Part shown: piece after piece, positions 54,840 to 64,000 of the stretch
Layout of the letters: every line of letters begins with the position of its first letter
Position numbering within the stretch: the first letter of the stretch is position 1
NCBI GenBank assembly: GCA_009914755.4
Contig: CP086569.2
Span: 18,720,001-18,784,000 of the forward strand
Reading direction: 5' to 3'
DNA: 64,000 nt
Source of the DNA: the human T2T-CHM13v2.0 reference genome, Homo sapiens
The notes under the pieces: generated by a model
What the model was told of the DNA's origin: nothing
Seen by the model: only the letters and a program-made list of their open reading frames with translations
Database searches by the model: none
Made by a program: the position numbers and the translations under genes

Positions 54840-57800
54840 ATCAGTGAGGCTTTTTTTATTAGGCCCTGGAAACTATTCATAGCCCGTTTCTTAAAGGGCC
54901 ACAGCAAGAGGTCAATAATCCAATTGGAAAATTAGTAAAATAAAATTTTATGACTCCTGGAACTTCTGTTTTCTCTGTGTTTACATATGTGTTATGTATA
55001 TATTTTAAAAATCTAATTAATTAACTTAGTGAAGAATAGGTAGTTGAACTAAATATTTTGCTTCCAAAGAAATGAAGGCTGTTGTACTTCTCAGTTCATG
55101 TGACTTTAACTTATGAAAAACGAAAGCCACCGAAGGCCTGAAGATGTATAAAAATAACCACTCCTTTAACTATGCTGTAATAAATCATACTTTACCTGCA
55201 CCCAGCCCGTAATTTTATAAACTCACCAGGTTTTATAGTCAAGTTATTAATTGTTAAAAGATATTACTATAATGTGTAATTGAGAATACTGTATATAAAT
55301 TTAATTGCCAGGTGTGGTAGAAGAGTAAAATGTGTTTGTAGTGAGAATAAATTATAGAAAGGCATGGAAATGTACATTTTGCCTAGAGTTAAAGAATTTT
55401 CTTTAATTAACTAAAATAAAGCTGTTTACACAAATTGTGAGAAATACTGCAAAAAAATTAATCTTGCAAAAGAAAACCCTGTGAACCTACTAACTAGATT
55501 GAAAAGGGTATTATGTTTATTTCTGCCATTAAGCATTGAAGTGAAAACACAACAAAAATTTCTTGAAACATTAATCTTCTCTTTAGCAAATTTGTAAAAG
55601 TTTGTTAAAATGTTGTAATAAGTTTGTGAAAATTCACTTCTTTGTCAAACTTTCTAAGGTTAAAATAATTTTACATAAGGTTTCATTAAGCTTAGGGTTA
55701 ACATTAGGAGACAACTACAAGGGGAAAATTTGTCCTTCTGAAAGAGATTATCATGTAATATTGAAGGCTGATAAAAGTGTTTCTGCCCTTTCAAACATTT
55801 CTACCAACTGTATTTTGGCAAAACAAATGATTTATGGAAATCTGGAATTGGATTTCATAACATTAAGTGTCTTAATCCTCTAAAATATTTGGCAGGCTTC
55901 CCAGAATAAAATTTTAACTTCAAGGATGTATTTTCTGAACCCTATATTTTGGATGCCTCAGAGAGCCCCTGGGGCATAAAAGAAAAAGTTAAACAGGATT
56001 ATAAAACACATTTAAATACATGTGATTTTGATGGTAATATTTTATTTTTTTCAGAATATATTTTAGTGGGTAACATTAACACAGGGCTCAAAACCACATG
56101 AGGTTTTTAATGTTCTTAATATCTGAATACGTGCTACCATTTTTATTTAAAGTTATTATGTTAAGCTATTGTAAACCACGGAAGTAACCAAATGTCTTTG
56201 CCTATGCTGTTTCTAACCACACTAGACATTTTGTCATTTACAGACATTTAATCTTCATCAAGAATAACGACTTATAATTAGCTGTAGAACTGTACCAGCT
56301 GTTCTCAACTGTAGGTTTTTTTATAACAGGAAAATGTACAGAACTTAGGAATAGCTAAAATGCTTATAAATGTCAAGCAGGACAAATGTTAAAATAGACT
56401 AAACTAACAGAAGAATGAAACAATCTCTTTACCTTTAGAATATTTCTAATTCTTGTTTTGTTTTTTAAAGTCAAGTGCACTTTTTTTTAAACTAGCTACA
56501 GCTTTTAAAACTGTCAATTGGTATACTCCTGTTAGCAAAACTCAAAACATGCTTTTTTTCTCTGTGCCTAGTTCCTCTAAAATTCGGAAAGTATGTGTGA
56601 TTATTCTTAACTTACAACAATATAATCGTTTTACTCAGTGCAACAAAAATGTACTTTCATTTGCAGCATAACCCAATAGAATAAGCGGGTTGATTTCCAA
56701 AGGCTTTGACTGGAAGAGTGTGCCTTCTTTAATGACTTACATCTGACTTCTAGAACCAATAAAAGCCCTCTAAGAAACGCAGCCTTATACTTTGTTTACA
56801 CAGTCCCAATACAGGTTTTCTAATCTGCAGTAAGAGAAAAAAAAAAAGCCACTTTCTATCAGGCCTAGGAACCACATGCACTTGGAATCTCAAAACAATA
56901 GAGGAGTTTATCCAAATAATATGTATCCAAGGGTCAAACCTATAGTTGGACTCAGCTTTATAATGTCCTATTTAAGATTCCTTGTAGAATAGAGATTCAT
57001 AAAAGCCCATGAGGAAAGCACATGTAAAGGTATTTCTCACAGCACTGTACAAAAATATTCTGGCTAAGTGTAGGACAAGTCTGTTTTGCCAACAACTAAC
57101 TTTTGTCATAATTCGTTCTTAACAAAAATTAGGACTAAAACAAGATAGAGGTCTCACAGCCTATCACACCTCTATCACTAACTTCTCATCTCATACGTTG
57201 TTTTTAAGATGTTTGTACAATATTAATTAACCTTTTTTTTTTTTTCTGTGAACCAACTGGTGAGGTCCAGCTACCGTTCTTGGAAAACAGAAAGATATGA
57301 GTAATAGATAAATCTAGAACAATATTCTAATTCTGGGAACTCATTCCACAAATATTTGCAGGTCATAAAAGAAAATAGGGTTTCTGTAACAGAATTTTTG
57401 TTTCAAAGGATCAAATCAAGAAAGCTAAATAAATCCAAGTCTCATGTAACAAAATCTTAACAGGTGTAAATATAGCCACAGTTACACGGGCACGTCAGCA
57501 GCCTTGAAGTATTTCAGCTGTTCTTACTCTCCTTGTCTAGTTGTGATATGCTTTTTCTAATAATCCAAACTGGTTTTCTTTTTGTGCCTAAAGTCTATCA
57601 CACTTTAAAACGTAATGCAAATAAAACCATGCATTAACAGGCCTTTCTTCTACAAACAGTTAAACCAACCCTCAGTAGATCCTACATACTGTTTTCTACA
57701 CAACACTCTTCTCCAGCAGAAAGTATCCAGAAAGACCAATGCCCAATCTCCTAACAGAAGTTAGAGTTTTCATTTCTGAGGGAGGACAAAGACAACTTAA

Positions 57801-57905
57801 CCAGCTTTTCCCATGTAAACAGCAAGGAATGGGTTCCTGGAAGACCTCCAGTAAACAAGTAAGGGCCTGATTCCAACATAACATAATAACCAGGCCAAAA
57901 AAAAC

Positions 57906-58570
57906 GTGTGTGTACCAGTAAGAGATTTAACACAGAAGGTTGTGCCTGACAGCATGGCTGCAGCAACACAGATAACAGAACCTTCAGTCCATTCAGATAA
58001 AATCTTGTACAAACCTCCCACTGATTCAGATGGGGAACCAATGCCTGGCATAGGCTTGTTGTTTTCTGTATACACAGAGGGCTTTCAGAAAATAAAGTTG
58101 TTTTTTGTTTTGTTTTGTTTTTTTTTTGTGGGCATAAACGCAGTGGGATCTAGCGGGTATTGGATGAAATATTTATTTTTGTATTTCACTGGTTGCTCAA
58201 CCCATATGAATCATCACTTCAGTCCCTGACTGGTCCTGAGCCAGCATCCCAGAACAAGCTTTTACTTTAGGTCCTGTACCAAGCTAAGCAGTCTTTGCAA
58301 ATTACCACTTCAGACTGCTCCCAGGCAAAGTGCCTGGGCTAAGCTGTCTAATAGGTCCTGGGCCAGGGCAAAGCTAAGTCACCCATTCTCCAAGACAGCT
58401 TGCAAACTAAGTATATATCTTTATTTTTTAGGCCATAAAAACCTTAAACCCCAGTGGACAACTTATTCAAGCTTCTATCTCTGCTGGCAGAGAGCTGCTT
58501 TTGCCACTTATTTAAACTTTTGCTCCAAACAGTTTCCTTTGTCTACAGTCCTTAATCTTCTTAAATGTAA
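57906..58570 (+). mobile_element. ERV LTR copy, homologous to 47140-47830, preceded by a polypurine-like 'aaaaaaaa'
   Basis: Starts 'tgtgtgtaccagtaagag...'. Contains a 'cataaaaa' TATA-like motif, repeated 'tcctga.tgg.cc.gg.c.aagct' subunits, 'aaataaaag', and is followed by 'tcttggtgcattg' (a PBS-like TGG). Confidence 0.5.
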
Positions 58571-58799
58571 AATAAAAGACTCTTAGTGTAATCTCAAATG
58601 AAAGAAAGGCTGTTATGTCTTGGTGCATTGTTAAAAGAACAATATTATCTGAACCTATGACACATTTTTGCAGTTTTCTTTTGATGTCAGGGTCTGCTTG
58701 AGTAATAAACTTTTCTCTTAAGATTAACTTTATCTTAACCCAATAGGGAGATAGGAACATGTGTTTCACTAAAGCCTCTCTCAGGATTTTAAAAAAGGC

Positions 58800-61450
58800 T
58801 CTATAATTTTTCTGTGGTTTTAACCTATTATGAATAGTTTAGAGTAATTATGAAGTTTTGTCCTGTTCACTTATAAGCCTTCCAGTAGGCTCACTAATTT
58901 TTTTTTTCACTCCTCTATAGGACCAATAAGATTCCAATCGAGTTTTCAGCACTCCGTCCTTTCCTATTACGAATAAGAATTCTGTTATCAGTTCAACTTT
59001 TTTTATTCCTTTTCACCCTCCCTTTTTCAAGATTTTATAAAAGACATGTGGTTCATCCATGGATAACTCTGCTCTCTGTAAAGCTGCCTGCTTTAGGGCA
59101 ACAGTTAGGGTTTGGTTTAGCAGTAATGTATCATCTATTCAGGCATGATTGAACACTTGAGTTAGATTTTGAAATATCTCTGTATATCCACCAGGGTCGT
59201 CAGAGGACATTTGCTTATCTTTTTCATTTCTTTGTCTAAGTCTTTGCAATGAGAAGAAAACTTCTGCTATACTAGTATCACATCTATGGAGTATTTTCCA
59301 CAGGGGCAACAGTGAGGTTGGGTTTTCTTTAGTGGCACAACAAGACAAGATGATGAAATGGCTATTGGAGCTTCTAAATGAGGGTGGCAGGTATGACATT
59401 TAGAAGATACATTTGAGGGTTCCTCAGGGGCTTGTCTCTGACTTTAATGAATTATCTCTTTGGAACTTGCCTGTTATGACTGACAAGAGGGCAGAGTCAG
59501 TTTTACAATACTTAGAAAGATCTGGGTTGTCTCCCACGTCAAAGTAAGGTTGTCCAAAAAAGAAAAAAAAAATCATACTCTTTTCTTTGCCATCTGAAGA
59601 AAAGATATACCTGTTGAATAGTACTAAAGCGAACACTTCCCTCAGAAAGCTAGGCATGTCTGTCCTGGAGCTGGTAGGGCTGTCATGCCCTTGAGCAATA
59701 AATACATAAATAAGCCACTTTCATTTTTCAGAGTCTCACAGTCAGTGAAATTTCTGTGTTTCAGAATGTAATCTAGAGAGGTGCGTACTGCAGACAGTTT
59801 GTGAAGTTTCTAAAGAAATATATAAAAAAAATTCCTATTCTCTTTTTCCCCCTTTTGAAATAGCCCTGACTGAATAAAAAGATAGGATATTCCTTGTTTT
59901 TGCATTCCTCTTGTCTTTTCTGAGTCTGGTGACTGACATAGGTGTCCCCCATGGATGGAAGCTAAACCTTCACCCACAGTTCTAGAGGATCTAGACAGCA
60001 GGACAAGTAACATTTTCCTGCAGAGGCTTTAGCTCTCTACTGGTGACTCTTTGTTGATTTCTTAAGCCTACTCAACCCAGAAGATACCCAGAGTAACTTG
60101 GGAGCCTAAAAAAAAGATTATATAGTCATTGGATTCTAGCAAGACACTTGTATAGAGTAAGAATTTTAATACTATTTGTGGCTTCCCTTGCTATGGCCTA
60201 GAAAAAATACTGAAATTGCAGGAAATAAGATAGATTGAGTTGAAACATAAAATTCTCCGTTAGTTTAAATGTCAGTGCTGCTGGAGGAAGAAGGTGTGCC
60301 TCAAAGCAAGTAAAGCTTGTATGGCTGGCTTTCATAAGACAGCACTTAGCTAAAATATGTCTCTCAAAGACACCTTCTTTCTGATTATTGAAAGTGGAAA
60401 TTTTCTGTTTACTGATAGGGCACAGAGTTAGAGAGATATAACAGAGAGAGGAATTAAAATCCAAGGGTTTTGTGCAAAGTACTGACAAGCCTTCCCCAAG
60501 AGAAAAACCTCATTTTACTAGGTTGCATTTTAAGATCTCAGATATTCCATGAAAATGCTGAATTCCAGGTTTATATAGTCAAAACTTAGAAAAGGAAGGT
60601 TAACGCTCTATCGCCTGTCCCCACAGTATGTGTCTCTGCAGAAAAAAGAAGATGTGTCTCACAAAGAAACTGTTTAGATATATATGGCTGTGCTGAGCTT
60701 TTTAAAGAGAAGTCACCCGCCAAACAGGGAAAATTTATTGGAATGTATGTCATTCCCAACAGTGTCATGAATGTCTATCATCGGCGGACAAAAAGACCCT
60801 TATCCAATAAAAATTTTTAGACCACAATTTTGAATTCTTCCTCTTTTGAAAGAAAAAAAAAAAACACAAAATAGCAACTCTTTGAGTTATATTTCTACTG
60901 ACTGACTTTTACCAGTAAGCTTGTATCTCCAGGTCTCAACATTGCATACAAAGAAGAAATAGGAGGGACATTAGCCACACAATGACAAAAAACAAATAAA
61001 TAAAATGCCACAGAAAAGCCTGGAATTTTTGGTGGCAACACTCTGATGGGCTGTCAGAAACTGGAGTTAGTTTTGAGGCCTTCACGTAACACCGTGGTAT
61101 AGCCTTAACCAGAAATCTTCAATTAACTTAGATATCCTTTCAGTCCTATGTGACAGCTGGATCCTCTCTGAAAGAAAACAGTTGGAACAGAGGCAACATT
61201 TTCAACAGCGGAGGGTGAAAGGAGACTGCCAATGTGTCTCCCAGCATCCCTTTCTCCTAAGCTTTGTAAGAATGGCAGGCAATCCATCGGATTTTACCTG
61301 GCACTGGCCCAGAGCTTTGTTTGCTCTTCAGAAATTAAAAAAAAAGAAAAAAACAAATAACAAAAACAAACAAACAAAAACTGAGAACAAGCTGCAGATA
61401 TGAAAGCAAATAGAGGACAAGCTGAAGATATGAATGTAAATAGTTTGGAA
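58800..61450 (-). mobile_element. ERV-family segment on the minus strand (LTR/leader-like 60340-61450, gag-like 59100-60000), paralogous to 38.7-40.6 kb
   Basis: The minus-strand peptide 59139-59399 '...SSNSHFIILSCCATKENPTSLLPLWK...SSDDPGGYTEIFQNLTQVFNHA' parallels 'SHFIIL...' and '[15 protein letters not shown]' in the other copies. By nucleotide, 61000-61130 aligns with 39480-39610 (for example 'ggaattcctggtgccatcaccctgatggactgtca' versus 'ggaatttttggtggcaacactctgatgggctgtca'). Confidence 0.45.
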
Positions 61451-61464
61451 TGGCACCCCTACTC

Positions 61465-61758
61465 CCTTTTTTTTTCTAATGGATTCTCTGTCACTTAAAC
61501 TGGAGTCCAGTTGCATGATCTTGGCTAACTGCAAGCTCCATTTCCCGGGTTTATGCCATTCTCCTGCCTTAGCCTACCAAGCAGCTGTCACTAAAGCTGC
61601 CCACCACCACACCCTGCTAATATTTTGTATTTTTGGTAGACTTCATGAGGGCTTCACCATGTTAGCCAGGATGATCTCCATCTTGATCTCCTCCTGATCT
61701 TCCCACATTGGCCACCCAAAGTGCTGCGATAACAGTCATGAGCCACCATGCCCAGCCC
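61465..61758 (-). mobile_element. Alu (diverged), minus strand, with an approximately 8-bp TSD 'cccctact'
   Basis: Poly(T) then '...ctggagtccagttgcatgatcttggctaactgcaagctccatttcccgggtttatgccattctcctgcc...caaagtgctgcgataacagtcatgagccaccatgcccagcc'. The flanks are 'gcacccctactccc' and 'agcccctactgacc'. Confidence 0.85.
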
Positions 61759-64000
61759 CTACTGACCTTTTTAATTAAGGCCTTTCCAAGTCCATGAACC
61801 AAAAACAAACTTTGCTGTCCCCCAGTGAACCACAATGTATCAGTCTCTCATTTTTAGGTGACACACAGATCTTTTTAATCTCAAGAAAATTAAAAATTAG
61901 GAATGCAAAAGGTGAGATGATAGTAAATGTTTAACATGTTAACTTCTGGTGGAGTAGAGTCAGTTGCCCACTTTGAGAAAGAGTCTGATATTTTTATGGA
62001 CTCAGAAGGAAGAAAAGGTACTAACTAGTTTTGAAGAAAGCACTTCTCATCTTTTCTGGGTCCTTGTGCCTGGAACTATTAATGGCGGATGTAATGACTC
62101 AGCTTGGCTCAGGAACTTGGCCCTGAGCCACACAAGAGCTAAAGGGAAAGCATGGCCCAGGACCTTGGCCTGGGACCAGAGTCTTAAATGATAATTTACA
62201 GAAATTTGGCTCGGAGTCTGAAGTATGTTTAGTAATATAAGGTACCCTTTGTAACACATTGGAGTCCAATATGTACAAGTTCTAAAAAAGAGAGAGACTA
62301 TTTCCTGGAAGCACTCTGGTTACACAAAAGACACAACATTTTAATGCGGGGTCTTGTTTGTTTTTTTTTTTTTTTAATCTGAGTAGCTGTGGGCATGTCT
62401 TAAGCACACACACACAAAAAGTTGGGCTTTTTTTAAAAAAAAATTATTTGCTTGGGCCACAGGATTGTGCAGGATTCTTAAATTTGTGTCTGCAGCCTGA
62501 TATTTCAGGCTGTTTCTCTGCTTGCAGAAATTTTACCAATAATCCACCACAACTATGTAGCTTTTCTTTGTCAATACTATTGAAGACCTAGATAGTTTCT
62601 GAGAGTCAAAGGCACATTGTTTGAAGTTTCCTATGTGCAAGGCTTTTTGCCCTGTGAAACCACCCACATCTTTGTAAATACTGTAAAATTGTTCCTGCTT
62701 TCTTAGCAGTCATATCAGAAAAGCCCACAAGAAACAACTCCCAAACGTCAGAGAAACATTCTCCCTGGAAACACTCAAAACCACATTTGTTACCACAGGT
62801 TTTCTCATCTTCTTGATGCAGAGAATCTTTTAGTCACATCATCATCAGCTTTTCCAGTTTTTACATCCAACCCTCCACGTTCCTTACTACCCCTATAGGA
62901 AATGCCCAATGAATGAGGTGCCAGTAAAGTGCAAGTTTCTTTTTCATTACAGTACCTTAAACAAATAAAGTAAGACCTGGGGAAGTTTTCTGATACATCA
63001 ATAAATATATAGAGCCTTTCTAATATCTAGCCCTTTTTTTGGTCTTAAATGGGAAGATGTTACCTTATTGCTGAGCCAAAATCTTACTGCTTCTGACAAA
63101 TAGCCCTACAGTCAACAGAAAGATGCTGGGCCAAGATGCATTTCTTCTATAGCATGTCATAGTAAATAAAAAGCAGTCAAAGAGAGAAAGAGTGAAGAAA
63201 AGACAAGATGCTAATTTCCAGTAGAAAGAGAGACAGAGCCCTTTGAAAACCCTAATTTAAGTCATAGTGATCCCATAGATAAGAAAAAAAAAAAAGAAAA
63301 AAGGAAAAAGAAAGCAGGACATTGGCCCTTTAGATACCCCAGCTCTAAACCTTTCCCATGCCAGGGCTAGGATGACGTCCTTGGGTCTTTGCATTCTCTG
63401 GCATTTCTTCTTTTGTGGATGCCACTGCATTCTTCAGTGCCTGCAGAAGAGAAAGCTTGTGGTATGCCTGATTCACCTAAAGGTTTTCAGGGAGCTGTCA
63501 CCTGTACCAGCACCTGACCTGCTTACCTCATCACAGATAACAGGCAAAGCTGTGTGCAGTGGCTGGACTGAACCAACACTCACTCATGTATCTGCCTCCA
63601 GTCTGTGCCTGGTGCATCCATAGCAAAATGAAACCTAAGCCCATAGTTTGAGCTGAGTGCAGCCTGTAAGATGGGTTTGTAAAATTAGAAAAGCAGGCTC
63701 AAGGGAACCTTGCACAAAGGTGCCATCATCCAGAGAGGTTCTTGGCTGGTGAAGTGACACACTAGAGATCTTGTGACAAAGATGACATTCATCACCAGTG
63801 GCCAGTGGATTATTCAATTATGCCTATGTAATGGAGCCTCGATAAAAACCAACAAGACAGGATTCATAGAGCTTTTGCATAACTGAGCACATACAGTGTT
63901 CTAGAAAATTGTGTGCTCATAAAAAGAGACACTGATAATTGTAAAGGTCATACAGAGTGTAGGGGTGTTTGTTTTGAAAGAAGTTTCTGCCTTTAATAAT

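Overview
This window is not prokaryotic. It is primate (human or hominoid-type) nuclear DNA, AT-rich and dominated by interspersed repeats.

What I can read directly:
- At least 15 Alu copies, including one young CpG-rich AluY with a target-site duplication (TSD).
- Several L1 elements. One L1P has a complete 5' end but an internal deletion that removes ORF1 and the ORF2 endonuclease region. One L1PA3-5-like 3' fragment has a 5' inverted segment of the twin-priming type and a 15-bp TSD. There are also old L1M pieces.
- One MIR and many microsatellites.
- Several class-I (gamma-retrovirus-like) endogenous retrovirus (ERV) remnants in both orientations, covering most of 33-61 kb. Gag, pol RT/RNaseH and env TM are recognisable at the protein level.

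The six-frame ORF track uses bacterial alternative start codons; I checked TTG at 1227 and GTG at 19016. Here it is essentially noise. The long ORFs fall on L1 ORF2, on ERV gag/env remnants, or on stop-free simple repeats.

Observations worth a second look:
1. A ~3.1-kb heavily degenerated, single-orientation (TTAGGG)n-like array at 25443-28558.
2. A ~0.7-kb inverted repeat of ERV leader/gag sequence (39960-40640 versus 41700-42700) flanking a ~230-bp GAA/GGA tract with ~25 pure GAA repeats.
3. A ~0.8-kb alternating purine/pyrimidine block at 37790-38560 that ends in (AT)~26.
4. A ~590-bp minisatellite with a 19-20-bp unit directly downstream of a small CpG-rich segment at 18781-19042. That segment carries a 19-codon upstream ORF plus a 27-codon ORF that runs into a canonical GTAAGT donor, so it is a candidate promoter and first exon.
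5. A candidate internal coding exon with canonical splice sites at 1777-1913.
6. Provirus-like ERV architecture at 47.1-58.6 kb with nested L1 and Alu insertions.

I see no evidence of a novel defence or biosynthetic system. I could not identify the host gene or genes from memory. All coordinates are approximate to within a few bp.
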